64,000 nt of DNA from Sphyrna mokarran (taxonomy: Eukaryota): NCBI GenBank assembly GCA_024679065.1, contig JAGIQG010000013.1, forward strand, positions 35,030,001 through 35,094,000, read 5' to 3'. Shown here piece after piece: positions 49,276-63,499 of this stretch (position 1 is its first letter; each line of letters opens with the position of its first letter). The notes beneath the pieces were generated by a model that saw only the letters and a program-made list of their open reading frames with translations, was not told the DNA's origin and ran no database searches. A program made the position numbers and the translations under genes.

Positions 49276-50074
49276 CTGAATGGGGGAAAATTGGAACCAT
49301 GTTAAGCAGAACTCACTAATTTTTGTCTCTCCAAGAACAGGTCTCACAGGAAATAATACCACAAACCACTTACTTCTGAATCTCCCGCACCATCTCAATA
49401 TACATTATTGCATAGAAGTCATGAATTTACTGAGGTGACTCCATGCACAAAGGAAAACAGGTTTGATTCCATGCCTGAGCTCAGCTACATTCTCTCTCAC
49501 AATATCTGAACATAGGTTAGGAGCAATCCAAAGCAAATCACTCCGTTTTCCATTGTCTGAATGTCGGGGCTGTTAAGAGAATGTTGCTGATTTAACTCTC
49601 TTAGCTACAGCTGTCTACTCGATCTTGGAAACAGAGAATTAATCCAAAAGAAAAATTCTCGACCCCAGGACCAGAAATGGGCAAGTCTTCTGCTCTCCCA
49701 TCAGGAGCCCACTCCTATACGATTCTATTTAAACTATCAGTGGCATGCACAGGAGGCATGAGTCATTACATGGCAGGAGCATTCATGGGTGGACTCCCTG
49801 TCAACCTGGGCTGGGGCCTCAAAAGGCCCCAGTTACACACATCATATGCGAGTTACACACATCACATGTCTCTGGGAAACATACACATGACCTTTGTGAT
49901 TGCACAGAATGAAAGTGCTTGTAATTCAAAATAAAACCACTGGCTAATCCCAGGGAGCTTGAATGGTCACGTAAGTGTGACAGTGATCTCTTGCACTGTA
50001 GGGAAATGAGCAGAAATGAGCGATGGTGGAAAACCTGATGTCCTGGCCACCTAACCTCAACAGTGGAGTATCAT

Positions 50075-51910
50075 ATAATCACAGAGTATTGCAGTACAGA
50101 GGAGGCCTTTCAGCCCATCAAGTCTGAACCGACGTATGAAAGGTCCTGATCTGCCCACCAAATCCCACTTGTCAGCACTTGGCCCATAACTTTGAATGTT
50201 ATGGCATGATAAGTACTCATCTTCAACTGAGGGAAACAGCTGCTCTCTATCCACCCTGCTCATGCCCTTCATAATCTTGAACACCTCAATCAGTTCGCTC
50301 CTCAGTCTTCATTGCTCTGGAGAAAACAACACAAACCTGCCCAACCTCTCTTTATAACTTAAATGTTCCATTCCAAGCAACCTCCAGGTGAATTTCCTCT
50401 TCACCCCCTCCAGTGTGATCATGTTCTTCCTGTAATACCGTGACCAGAACTGTACACAGTACTCCAGCTGTGGCCATACCAAAGTTCTATGCAGCTCCAT
50501 TACAACCTTTCTGCTTTTGTAATCTATACCCCGATTGACAAAGGCGAGTATACCATATGCCTTTTTCACCAGCCTGTTAACCTGCCTTTCCATCTTCAGA
50601 GATCTGTGTACAAACATGCCAAGGTCCCTTTGCTACTTGGAACTTCTCAGTGTCAAACCTTTCATTGTGTATACAATGTCAAATTACTCCTTCCAAACCG
50701 CATCGCCTCACACTTTTCACAGTTAAATTCCATCTGTTACTTATCTGCCCCCGTCTGACCATCTCCTCTGTAGCTTTCTGTAACCCAAGACACTCAACCT
50801 GACTGTTAATCACCCAGCCAATTCTTGTGTTATCGGCAAACTTACTGATCTTACCCCCAACATAGTCATCCATGTCATTTATATAAATGACAAACAATAG
50901 GAGCCCAGCACACATCCCTGTGGTACATTACTGGTCACTGGCCTCCAGTCACTAAAACAGCCATCTGTCACCACCCCCTGTCTCCTACAGCTAAGTCAAT
51001 TATGAATCCACCTTATCAGATCACCCTGTATTTGCCTCCTTAATAAGTCTCCCATGTGGGACTTTGTCAAGGGCTTTGCTGAAATCCATGTAAACTACAT
51101 CAACTAAACTATCCTCATATACACATTTAGTTACATGTTCAAAAAATTCAATCAAATGTGTCAGCCATGACATCCTTCTGACAAAACCATTCTGACTATT
51201 GCTGATCAAATCTTGCCTCACCAAATGGAGACAGATTCTCTCCTTCAGAATCTTCTCCAGTAGTTTTCCAACCACAGATGTGAGACTCATTGGCCTGTAG
51301 TTCCCTGGCTGGTCTCTATAACCTTTTGTAAATTAGCTATTCTCCAAGCCTTTGGCACCTCCCAGTAGGCCAGAAAGGAATTAAAAATTTGGGTCAGAGC
51401 CTCTACAACTTGCTCCATTATCTCCCACAACAGCCTAGGACACAATTCATCCGGATTCACTTTGTGCCTGCCAATACTTTCAATGGCTTGTCACTCCCTA
51501 TGATAATTTCCTCTAAAGCTTCACAATCTCTCCAAGTTCCACAATTACCTTCTTAGGGGTGAAGACAGATGTGAAACATTCATTTAATACTCTACCAATG
51601 TCCTCTAGGCCCATTCTTTCCCTGGTTATCCTCTTCCCCTTGATATACTTATAGACTATCTCAAGATTTCCTCTACTTTTACAGCCAGAGCTTTCTCATA
51701 ACCCCTCTTTACTCTCCTATTTTGTTTCTTAAGCTCCATCCTGCACTTCCTGTAGTCCACTAATGCCTCCCCTTATAATTGTTAAAAGCCTCTCTTTTCC
51801 TTCTCATTGTATGTTGAGTGTGTCTGGTCATCCATGAATCATCAGGTTTGTTACATATTCCTATTGCCCTTGAGGGAACATGTTGGGCACGTACCCTCCC
51901 CATTTTATCT
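50075..51910 (-). mobile_element. Degenerate CR1 ORF2 and 3' UTR
   Basis: ORF pieces 51021-51290 (SLTSVVGKLLE, DFSKALDKV), 50679-50915, 50309-50617 and 50057-50284. Confidence 0.85.
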
Positions 51911-53940
51911 TTGAAGCCCCACCTCCCCGCCTCCAACCCCACTGCTCTTCTTGATTTCTCCACAAGTAATTGGAGAATTCCTTCACAATAAGGAGGAGGG
52001 CAGAGGTCATCTTTATGCACTTGCATGTTGTAGTCTATAATAGACACATAGGAGTAGGCCATTTGGCCCTTTGAGCCTGTTCCGCCATTCATTTTGATCA
52101 TGGTGGTTCCTCAAATTCAATATCCTGAATCTGCCTTGACCCTAAATTCCTTGATTCCTTTAGCCCCAAGAGCTAATATGTAATTTCCCCTTGAAATCAG
52201 ACAATGTGTTGACCTCAACGACTTTCTGTGGTAGTGAATTCCACAGATTCACCACTCTCTGCGTGAAGAAATTTCTTCTCATCTCATTCTAAAAGGTTTA
52301 CTCCTTATCCTCAAACTATGACCTCTAATAGACCACATATGTCACCTGTGGAGTGCTGTAAAGTACTTGTTATGAAAATTTGAGGACCATTAGAATGAGA
52401 TTCCACATGGCTGCAAGTCTTGCTGCATCATTGCACATATTTCTATGATACATTCCCAGGAATTGCTTCAGTCATCTCTGGCATTGTCTCTCAACACCTA
52501 CAGAATTGGTTCTTGCCCTAAGGACACATGATGTATCAATGGTCATCTTCTATGATGCTTTATCTGAATGGCTGCATCCTGACCTCTACACTCACTGGTG
52601 CTGCCTGCTGATGGTTTTGTGACCTCTGTTGTTGATTAAAAAAAGCCCTCCTGCTGCTCCTAACTTTACCTCTGTCCATCCTTGGATCCGTCCTCCACTC
52701 CTCCAGGTTCCAGACTCAACTGCAATCCATCCCACCCTTGCTGCCAGCACCCCACTCACCTGCCTTGCCCTTGCCCCTGCTGAGCCTCAATGAAAGCTGC
52801 CATTCTCCTGCTCCTGTCCCTTGTGCCACAGAGCTTAACAAATAGAACCACAGACCTCAAACATAAATGCACAAAGGCTGGTGCACACCATCTCTAAACA
52901 GATATAAACCAGTTACCTCAAAAACAGCGTATGCTTCTGACTTGTTTTTGAAGGCAGGGCTTACTTACAAGATGTTTGAATATAATGAGGACTCATGGCA
53001 TGCTAATGTATTATAAGGGGGAACCCATCGTGAGACAATGTGAAGCCATCCCGTGATTGCCAGGACACTGACTTTGTTTCTGCGTCGCGGGCCACCATGA
53101 GAAAATCAATATTTCAGTTCCTTCTATTAAGTTGCCCTGCCCACCACTTTTCCAGCTCTTAGACACACTGTTAGTTATTGCCCACTTTCTCCATTCTCCT
53201 ACAGCCAGCTCACATTCTGAAACAGCATTTTATTGACTTGCCCAATGTGCCAACATTCCACTCAAAGCGCACCACAAATAATTCTCACAATGCTACCCAT
53301 GCCACTGGCTGGCTGCAATTCGACAAATGGAACTACAGAGAACGTGGGATCCTCACAGATCTTATGGGCAAATATCCGACTTCTAGTCAGTTCAAGTAAA
53401 CAGCAAAATCAGAATGACAGCATACATTATGCAAGATCTCAATCCAGCAATTAAAAGGTTTCAAGTCCCTCAGATCTAATACTTGTGAAACAAGACACAA
53501 TTTCACAATGTTTAAGAAATAATAATGATGTGAGATAACTATGGCAACCAGATATCAGACATCACTATCTAACATCACTATCTCCATCAAGAACACGCAA
53601 AGTTCTGCTTTTCCCTTCCACTGTTTAGCATTAGTGTGATTCACACAAAGATTCGCATAAACAAAAATGACTTTGCACTTCTCATTTTTTAGAGCTGTGG
53701 TGTATGACATATGTATCTCAGCCATACATGTTCTTGATGTGAATCCCCCTGTCAATTCTGAATCTCTTGAATCCATAGTGTCTCAAAATTTATCAACTTC
53801 AGTTTTAATGTAGTCGACGACTGAACATCCAGAGCCTTGTGAGGTGCAGAATCCTAAAAGTACACAGTGTCCTCAAGTGAAAGAAATTTACCTCATGTAT
53901 TCTAAAAGTACACCTTCCAGTGTCCCCTATCATTTACTGT

Positions 53941-54525
53941 GTGGCACGGTGGCACAGTGGTTAGCACTGCCATTTCACAGCGCCAGGGGACTCAGGTGGA
54001 ATTCCGACCTTGGGTCACTGCCTATGTGGAGTTTGCATGTTCTCCCTGTGACTGTATGGGTTTCCTCTGGGTGCTCTGATTCCCTCCCATAGTCCAAAGA
54101 TGTGTGGGTTAAGTGAATTAGCCACAGTAAATTGCTACTTAGCATTAAAGAAACGAGCTAGAGTAAATGCACGGAGTTATGGGGATAGGGCCTTCTGGGA
54201 TTATGATTGATGGGCCGAATGGCGTACACTATATTTTGGGTGGCACGATGGCCCGGTGATTAATACTGCTCTCTCATAGCACCAGGAACCCGGATTCAAT
54301 TCTGGCCGCTGGTCATTATGCAAGCTCCACACAGACATTTTCCCCATGTGCGTGGGTTTCCTGCCACAGTCCAAAGATGTGTGGGTTAGGTTGATCGACC
54401 ATACTAAATTGACTCTAGTGTCAGTGGCACAAGCTGAGTAAATACATGGGGTTATGGAAATGGAGCCTGGATTATGTTGCTGCAGATGTGATGGGCTGAA
54501 TGGCCTCCTTCTGCACTACAGGTAA
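53941..54525 (+). mobile_element. Two tandem tRNA-derived V-SINEs
   Basis: GTGGCACGGTGGCACAGTGGTTAGCACTGC head (A box) with V-core gagtttgcatgttctccc...ggtttcctc; second head at about 54238. Confidence 0.8.
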
Positions 54526-56937
54526 TCTAAAAGGTAGAATTACCACATTAGGTGCGTCTACACATGATGGACTGCAGCAGTTTGAGACTGGAATGATTTT
54601 CCATCCCTTTTCAAGGGCAATTGGGATGGGCAATAAATGCCTTGCTTAGCCAGCAGCAGCCATATCCAGTGATCAAAGGAAAGAAAAGGTAGGGTAGTTC
54701 ATCTAGTCCCTCGAGTCTGCTCTGTCAGTCAATAAGATCTTGTATGATATGACATGGCCTTAACTCTACTTTCCTACCCATTGCCCATAACCATTCACTC
54801 CCTTGTCAATCAAAAATCTATCCAATTCAGTCTTGAATAAATAAATGACCCAGCTTCCACTGCGCTCTGGTGGAGAGAATTCCAAATGCTACTGACTGTG
54901 TGAAATTCCTCCTCATCTCAGCCTTAAGTGATTGACTCCTTAAGCTGTGGCACTTGTGTTAATTTTTACTAATTAATATACTTAAATATGACAAAATATA
55001 ATTCTTAACAACTAGCTAAATCTATTGTTCCAACTTAGCAGTATACCCCACAGATGTGAATCATTTCTTTAGAACCAATTAGCACAGAAACCAAAGATAC
55101 TTATGTAAATACTCAATTTTGAGACTTCTGGTACTTCTGGAGAGTGATCCAGACAGACACCTGTCTTCTAATTCTCATACAGCAACTTCCAGAAAAACTC
55201 CAAACAGTATAATCTCAGAGAGAAAGGCTTATTCCTTGGCAGATCCCAATCTCCACTTCATACAGAGCAATAGATACAGAGAATGCAACCTCTCTCTAAA
55301 AACCCCAAAAAGCTGACTGCCTGGAGTTTTCAGTGAAAGCCGAGCTTCCAGCTTTCAGTGAAACCCAGTCATACGACCTTATTTGTCAATCAACCTTATC
55401 AATCTCCACACTGAACTATCCCAGGGGAAAATACAAAACAATAGAACCTGGCATTAGTTCAGATGAACAGTGCATCAATTATGTTGCTGCAGTAACAACA
55501 CCGTGTTGCTGGATCCAGATAATACATCTTTGATAGCAGAAACAAACTGCTGCAACAGATCCTGCACAAATACATTTCTCAAAGACATGGTATTGTCACA
55601 GCTGGTTCTAGATTCATCCATGAGGGACACATCCTCTCAGTATGTCAAGCCCCCTTAGAATCATATATATTTTCTCATGATCACCTTTCTTGCTTCCAAA
55701 CTCCAATGACTTTAGGCCAAATCTGCTCAATCTTTTCCACAGAAGACAATCTCTTTACCCTTGGAATCTTCCTTGCACTGTTTCCAATATAAATATATTC
55801 CTCCTCAAGTAAGATGACCAAAAATGCACATGGTATTCTAGCTATAGCCTCACCCATGCCCTGTGCAGCAAACATTCCTTTTTTCATAGTCCATTCCCCC
55901 ACTTGCGACAAAAGGCAACATCCCATTTGCCTTGCCACTTGCTATACCTGCATGCTCACTTTTTGTGATTCCTGTACATCAGCATTTTGCAATCTTTATT
56001 AATTCTAAATAGCCAAGCATTTATTCTGTGATTGTGACCCCATGTCATAGACTCCCTTTAAGAACTGAATATGCTAAATTGAGATTGCTCCTCATTCTTC
56101 TAAACTGCTGAGAATAAAGGCCAGTCAACTTTGTCTTTTCTCATAGCATAATCTCCAAAGTCCAGGAATGCTTCTAGTAAACCTGTGTTTCACTCTCTCC
56201 AAGTCTTTTCCACTACTATATTTGTTCTAGCATTTCTTGCAATGCTTCACAAGTTTTTCTCACTGTGGGCACATTTCAAGTGACCTGTCAGTGGAGCTAA
56301 GAGAGTAGTTGAGTGGTTGGGAGAGAAGAGTGCTTTATCTTCAGGAATTTTTAAAAACTACCTTTTTTGGGAGGAGGAATCAAGCCTCCAACATTAGTCA
56401 CTTAGGTTACACCCAAAACTTATTATTAAACATGAGGTTTTAAAGGGATCTTACAGCTGTTATTGTTGAGTCAGAAGTCCACAGCTGCCATTGCTGCCTC
56501 AGAGCACAAGCTCCCAACTCTATTCTCGCAAACCCTAGTTAAAAAAGCCCTGCTTCATTGTAAGAACTGCCCTCCTCCACCTTTTCCATCTGGTCTAACT
56601 CTGCTAAAAATCAAACATCCCACATGTATTTATTTCCCAACCTTGGTCACTCTGCAACCATAGGTTGGCTTTAACTTGCCACCCTCGTTCCACTGACACT
56701 GTGGCCAGCATCAATGTATCATTTGCTTATCACAGGCTTTCCCATTGCTCATTTACTAGATTGCCCAATTACTGGCCCTCACCACATATTTAACATTCCC
56801 CTTCCACTCTTACGCTGCCACTTGTACCGTAATCTCCGATCTTCACATTGCCACCAAATCCATGGAAGATGCACAGTAATTCAAAACTTTAAAATAAATG
56901 CAACACTGGAAAAGTTGTGTCAATCTTTCTTACTCAC

Positions 56938-57674
56938 CTTCACCCTGAAGGATACACTTGCTGGGATCAACTGCCTTTGTGATAATAATTCCGAACGTCT
57001 CAAATCCATCACATTGTCCTGCTCGCTCCTGCGGCTGGAACTGTATTCCATCATCCTCGCCAGGATGAGTACTGTAACCAATCTTATTCAGCTCTTTCAG
57101 CCGGTTGACCACCACACATTTGGTTAGTAGGATTTCCACATCAGAGCCACTGGTCAGCAAATGCTCTGTGAAGTCCACTCCATTCCTCATATCTGCCAGA
57201 ATCTGTTCCAGCTGGATCTGCTGCAGATTTAAAGAGTTCTCCCTCTGGACTCGCAGTTCCTCCAGTTCTTTCAGAAGTCTGTTCCGATGTTTTTCCAACG
57301 CCCTGATATAATTGTCTGTAAAGTTATTAACCTCTTCGGTTATCATGCTCAGTCGCTCTTGTAGCAGGTGCCTAGCATTGGCAATCTTTTGTAAAGTTTC
57401 CTGCAGAGCACCGATATGTGGCTGTGTTTCCTTCAGAAGCTCCCTGATGAAGCTGCCATGCTTGCTAATGACACTAGCAATGAAGTTACTATTGTGGCCA
57501 CGATGGTCCACCATACAACAATCCCGGCAGATCAGACGATCACACGTCTCACAAAACATCCTCAGCTCCTCCATGGGATGAGCAGAACACATGATGGGCC
57601 GAATGATTCTCTCATTTCCACCTTGGAGGTCCTTCAGGACCACTGTGTTGTGAGAAGCAGTCAACTTCTGCCTC
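56938..57674 (-). CDS. TRIM45: TRIM45 coding exon 2 (B-box 2, coiled coil, start of filamin repeat)
   Basis: Acceptor ttcctgtag|G AGG CAG AAG; RQKLTASH...CSAHPMEELRMFCETCDRLICRDC...AVDPSKCILQGE; donor G|GTGAGT. 737 nt, phases fit both neighbours. Confidence 0.95.
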
Positions 57675-58431
57675 CTACAGGAAGGATTAGTTTTACAGCT
57701 TAAATATTATGATCACCAAGATGTATGAATAGATAAATTTAACTGCAATGTGATCAATCATAGAATACCTACAGTGCAGAATGAAGCCTTTTGGCCCTTC
57801 GAGCCTGCACTGACAACAATCTCACCCAGGCCTTATCCTTGTAAATGCATGTATTTACCCTGCTAATCTCCCTGACACTAAAGGGCAATTTACTATAGCC
57901 AATCAACCTAACCTGCATATCTTTGGAGTTTGGAAGGAAACCAAAGCACCCAACGGAAACCCATGCAGACATGGGGAGAATGTGAAAAGTCCACATAATC
58001 ACCCAAGACAGAACTGAATCCAGATCCCTGGCACTGAGAGACAGCACTACTAACCACTGCACCATCGTGTCTCATATTACATAATTGTCACAAAGATATA
58101 TGCAATTGAGAAAGACTCAATGAGGAGAATGAAACATCCCTGGCTAACCAAAGAAGTGATGGATAGTATCAAATTGAGAAAAATCTATACAATGCTGAGA
58201 AGATTAGTGATAGCCCAGAGAACTGGGAAAATTTTACACACCAGCAAAGAATGATAACAGAATTGATAAGGAGGTCAAAAAAAGAGTGAATAAGCAAGAA
58301 ATATAAAAATAGACAGTAAGAGCAGCTATATGTAAATAAAAAGGAAGAGTACCTAAGTTAAATCTTTGTCTGTTAAAGGATGAGATGGGAAATTAGTAAT
58401 AGAAAACAATGAAATGGTCAAAATTTGTACC

Positions 58432-59851
58432 AAGCTCAGTGACTATCGCTGTGCTGTGCAGATACATGGATTTGGGCCAGTGTCTATGGGAGTTTGCGCA
58501 TTCTCCCTGTGCTTGCGTGGGTTTTCTCCGGGCACTCCGGTTTCCTCCCACATCCCAAAGATGTGCTCTTAGGCTAATTGGCAAAACAAATTCTCCCTAA
58601 ATTGTCTCAAATTTGGTTTTTAATCCATTGATATATAAACATGGACAGGGATCGCAGGTAGAGGTGGGAACATTGGGATGTCTGCGCGGGCTCATTGGGC
58701 CGAAGGGCCTGTTTCCCGTGCTGTTTTGTTCTTTGTTCTTTGTGACAGAGCAGGTGGAGAAGGTTGTGAAGAAAGCATATAGTATGCTAGCCTTTATAGA
58801 AAGGGTATAGAGTACAAGAGCTGGCCTTTAATGTTGCAGTTGTATAAAACGTTGGTTAGACCTCATTTGGAATACTGCGTCCAGTTCTGGTCGCCTTACT
58901 ACCGGAAGGACGTGGAGACTCTGGAGAGAGAGTGCAGAGGAGGTTTACCAGGATGCTGCCTGGTATGGAAGATCTGAGTTACGAGGAGAGGTTAGGCAAA
59001 TTGGAGTTGTTTTCCTTAGAAAGAGGTAGACTTAGAGGAGATCTGATAGAGGTGTACAAGATTATGAGGGGTATAGATAGAGTAAACAGGGTTAAGCTTT
59101 TTTCTAGGATGGACTCAAATAGCATGAGAGGTCACAGGCTTAGGGTGAGAGGGGTAAGGTATAATTTGGATGCTAGAGGGAGTTTTTTCACACAGAGGGT
59201 GGTGGGGGTATGGAATGCGCTGCCAAGTAAAGTGGTGGAGGCAGGCACTCTGGAGTTATTTAAGAAATACTTAGATGGGCACGTGAACAGAATGGGAATG
59301 GAAGGATATAGAAAACTGATTTAAAATAAGGATCATGAGCCTTGGAAGTCCCTGGGAAGTGTGTAAATAGATGATGATATTGATGTACTTGTTTTTATCC
59401 TACAGGTGTTTTGGTCCACCTTGTTGTCTAACGAGGGGCATACACGCGATGGGTCATGAGAGAGCTGCTCTTGGACTTTTTTCTCGAGAGTATCCTCGTG
59501 CTTCACATCATTAGTGTACGCTTGACCTGGACCATTTAATGGGCAACACGACAGCTCAGTGACTATCGCTGTGCTGTGCAGATACGTGGATTTGGGCCTG
59601 TGTCTGTGGGAGTTTGTGCATTCTCCCCGTGCTTGCGTGGATTTTCTCCAGGTGCTCCGGTTTCCTCCCACATCCCAAAACTGTGCTCTTAGGCAAAACA
59701 AATTCTCCCTAAATTGTCTCAAATTTGATTTGTTAATCCATAGATCTACAAACATGGACAGGGATCACGGGTAGAGGTGGGAACATCGGGGTGGCGGCGC
59801 GGGCTGTTTGGGCCGAAGGGCCTGTTTCCCGTGCTGTTTTGTTCTTTGTTC
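58432..59851 (+). mobile_element. Two tandem 5'-truncated copies of the same CR1/V-core family (58432-58741 and 58742-59851), nested in an older CR1 (about 58100-60800)
   Basis: Both end in (TTTGTTC)n. The second includes the ORF2 C-terminus 58932-59324. The flanks rejoin as degenerate CR1 ORF2. Confidence 0.8.
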
Positions 59852-60809
59852 AAATATTTTATATGTTTTCCTCACAGAAGAAAATTAAAAACATCTGAAA
59901 ATAGTGGAAAACCAAGAGACAAATAGGAAGGAGAAATATATTGCAACTACTAGAGTAAAAAAAAAGGGAAAACTAATGGTGCTGAAGACTGATAAATCTC
60001 CTCCACCAAAGGGCTTGAATCCTGGGGTCTTGAGAGAGGTGGCTACAGGGACAGTGGATGTATTAGTTGTAACTTTCCAAAATTCCCTAGATTCTGGAAT
60101 GGTTCTAGGGAATTGGAAAGCTGCAAATATTACATCCCTATTCAGCCAAGGAGGGAAATAGAAAGCTGGTTAGCCTAATGTATGTTGGTGGCAAAATGCT
60201 GGAAATATCAACAAGATATTTAGGAAATCAGAATACAATCAAGCAAATTCAACATAGTTTTACGAAAGGAAAACTATGTCTGACAAATATATTAGAGCTG
60301 CTTGAGGATGAAACATCAGGGTGGATAGAAGGGATATCAATAAATGTATTGGATATAACAAGGTATTGGAAAAGATGCCACATCAAATGTTGCTGGACAA
60401 ATAAGAACTCATGAATGTTGAGTGTAATATGTTAGCATGGATAAAGAATTGGCTAACAGCAAAGAAAACAGTCCTGATAAATGGGTCATTTTCAGCTTGG
60501 CAAATTGCAACTTGTGGAGTGCCACATTGACCAGTATGGGAGCCTCAAATATGTACAATCTACATAATAACACGGATGAATAGACTGAGTGTATTGTAGC
60601 CAGATTTCCTGACAAAAGGATGAAGGTAAATTATTATGCGACAAAATTTTGACAGGGGGAGAAATTTTGACAGGGAGGAGAAACTTTAGTAGAAAGAATA
60701 GCAAAGCAGAATATTATTCATATGGAGAGAGACTACAGAATGTTATGATACAGAGGGATCTGGGTGTCCTTGTACGTGAAACCCAAATGTCAGCATGCAG
60801 GTTCAGTAT

Positions 60810-61780
60810 TGTGCAAAAACACAATGCCAGTTTCCATATGTACATTGATGATACTCAGGGCTACATTTTCACCACCTCTCTTGGCCCCTGTTGCACTGTC
60901 AGATCCGTGTCCAATTGAGAGGAAGTGTCTCCAACTAAATATCAGAAAGGTTAAAATCATTGTCTTTAGTCTCTGCCACCAACACCGCTTCACCTAGGCA
61001 ACTAGACTGTACACAGTCTTGGTGTCACACATGACCCCAAGATGAGCTTCTGACTACATAGTTGAACCATCATTTAGAGCATCGATCACAACATCATTGT
61101 ATTCCATCCCTGCTCCAGCTCTGATATTGAAACTGTCATCCATGACTTTGTTGCCATGAAATTTCAATATTCTGTCTTACCCCTGGTTGCTCCATAGAGA
61201 TGAGCTTATCCAAAATTCTGCTTCTCATGTTCCAACATCCCATTCACTGATCACCCGCTGCTTGCTGACCTACACTGGCTCAGGTTAAACAATTCCTCTT
61301 TTAAAATATGCATTCTTGTTTTCAAACCCCTTCATGGCTTTGTCCCCTATTTATTTGTTATCTCCTCCAGATCCACAATCCCCTGAGATATCTGCACTGC
61401 TCTAATTCAGTCTTCTTGAGTATCCTCAGTTTTAATCTCTCCACAGTTGATTGATGATTAGGTACATTGAACATACTAAATTCTCCCTCGGTGTACCTGA
61501 GCAGATGCTGGAGTGTGGCAACTATGGAATTTTCACAGTAACTTCATTGCAGTATTAATGTAAGCCTTGCTTGTGACTAATAAATGAACTTTGACTTTAA
61601 ACTTTAACTGTGAACTGAGCTGCCTGAACCCAAAACGTTGAAATTTCCTCCCTAAACCTCTCTCCTTCACTTTCTTTTTTCAAAGAACTCTTTAAAACTT
61701 ACTGGTGTAGCCAAGGTTTAGATCATCTGCCCCATTATACCTCAAAGAGGCCAAGGTTTAGATTATCTACCCCACTATCT
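60810..61780 (+). mobile_element. Degenerate L2-type LINE fragment (with a SINE tail inserted at about 61455-61600)
   Basis: FHMYIDDTQ, LQLNIRK, IQNSA and LADLHWL remnants. Confidence 0.6.
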
Positions 61781-62007
61781 GCTTTTGTGGCTGGGTTTAA
61801 ATTTTGTTTTATAATGCCTAATGTGAAACACCTTGGGATACTTTATTATATTAAAATGTCATATATACAAACACACATACACACACAGTTGATCTTGTCA
61901 CAAGTGAAATCTTTATCGATAGTACAGTTCACTAGAATCATTGCTCTGTGCACATAATAAATAAAGTTTTGAGAATGCAGCAAAATCGCGGTGACCTGGG
62001 ATCTTAC

Positions 62008-62465
62008 CTGTGCGCTTTTGAGCAAAAGTCGCAGAGATTTGTTGAGCAGATGTGACACCTTCTTTCAGCATTTCCATCGTTACAAAGATCACAGACTATC
62101 CTGCAGTCGGGTCTCTTCAGATTCTCTAGCAGAACTTCATTGAGAATCAGGTGATTACTGGTCAGGCCTCGCAGACCAGCAGCGGGGACTTGCACCTCAT
62201 AATCACAGACTGGACACAGGACGCAGGCCCCAGGTTCAGTGCAGTCTAGAGATCCCCCGGATCCAGACTCACCTTCCCCCCGTATCCTGGGCACGGAGAA
62301 CTGCTCCAAGCCTCTCACACAGTCCAGGCAGAATGTATGAAGGCAAGGTAAGATCTTGGGATCAGAGTAAACGTTTTTACACATCAAGCATTTCGTTCTG
62401 CAGCTCCTTGGAGGTTCTGAACTTGTCGAGCACGGTGCAAAAATCTTTCCCAGACTCTCCGACAT
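62008..62465 (-). CDS. TRIM45: TRIM45 coding exon 1 (RING finger, B-box 1)
   Basis: ATG at 62465 (MSESLGKIF...). RING CLMC...LPCLHTFCLDC...CPVC; B-box CDLC...CHICSTNLCDFCSKAH. Donor CAG|GTAAGA after 62008; 458 nt, ends phase 2. Confidence 0.95.
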
Positions 62466-63169
62466 TTTTGGACAGCACACGCTAAATTAATTCAGTTTCT
62501 AAATCCCAAATATATTAAAGTTCTTAGCATCCAAAAAAAAAACCAAGCATCCTAATTGGTTGATATCAATATTTAAATAAGATTTTAAATCTGAATTTTA
62601 AATACTTTTGATTGATTCTACAGCTGTCTATTGATCTACAGAGTCGAAAATATGTATTTCATATTTTAAACCTTTCCACCCTTTTCCCTACACATCAAGG
62701 CAAATTCCTAATAAAGACAATTAAAAATTCAGAGTGTTAATTCATTACCAGTACTTATAATTCTTAATTCGTATGAATTGTCGTCAAACGATCAAAGCTG
62801 TTAAGTTTCCAACTACTTTGTAATTAATCGTTTAATTTACAGGCATTTTTCAACATTATAATGTAGACCACCAACTACATAGTATCAAACTGCACCGTTC
62901 GAATGTCTTCCTACTAAATATAAAGTCAAACTTTTTCTAGTCTCAAGCCCCAACACATTCCCCGTTCTTTACTCAACCAGAACAACCAACTCCGGCAACT
63001 TTTGTTTCCCTATACTTTCCCTGTTGTTTGTGCAAAGTCAAGTTCTGCTGCAATCAAGTAAGAACGAGTTGTTAAATTAGACCACATTAAAATTTCCAAA
63101 GGGAAGAGAGTTCCAACGAAAACCTGAAAACTTTTCTCCCAAGTTCGTCACTTTCAAACATTCCCTAAC

Positions 63170-63325
63170 TCTTCTTGTGATTGACGGACAGGCAAGTCAA
63201 TCAACAGCGTCTCACACCCACCCATCCACCAATCGAAAACAGGGAGGCTGGATTACCCAAAGCTCGGAACTTTTTCCCTGAGACGAGAGGTTCCTCCAAG
63301 CTTCAAGCAGTGGTGATTGGGCGCT
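63170..63325 (-). promoter_or_regulatory. Candidate TRIM45 promoter (CCAAT boxes)
   Basis: CCAATC near 63229 and GATTGG near 63316, plus GATTGAC/GTCAATC variants at 63179-63203. These lie 0.7-0.9 kb upstream of the ATG in locally CpG-richer sequence. Confidence 0.4.
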
Positions 63326-63499
63326 GATGCCAATGCTGGTTGGAGGACTAGTGGCAAGGCATCGAGCCCATCCAAGTAGTTCCATGTGTGTTTACAAAAG
63401 TCAATTATACCTGTCATATTTGCACCAAAGTAAACCATTAAACATTTTGAAAATATAAAACAACATTTGTGAACAAATAAGTCAACATTTCATTGACGA

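Noticed and set aside
53941-54015. tRNA-like sequence
   Set aside because: It is the head of a SINE, directly followed by the V-core, and is not a tRNA gene.
61710-61780. About 40-bp imperfect tandem duplication (also 60643-60677)
   Set aside because: Only two units inside degenerate LINEs; ordinary slippage, not an array.
62466-62480. Upstream GTG start (MCCPK) given by the ORF track for TRIM45
   Set aside because: Non-ATG start; the ATG at 62465 (MSE..., AAAATGT context) matches the known TRIM45 N-terminus.
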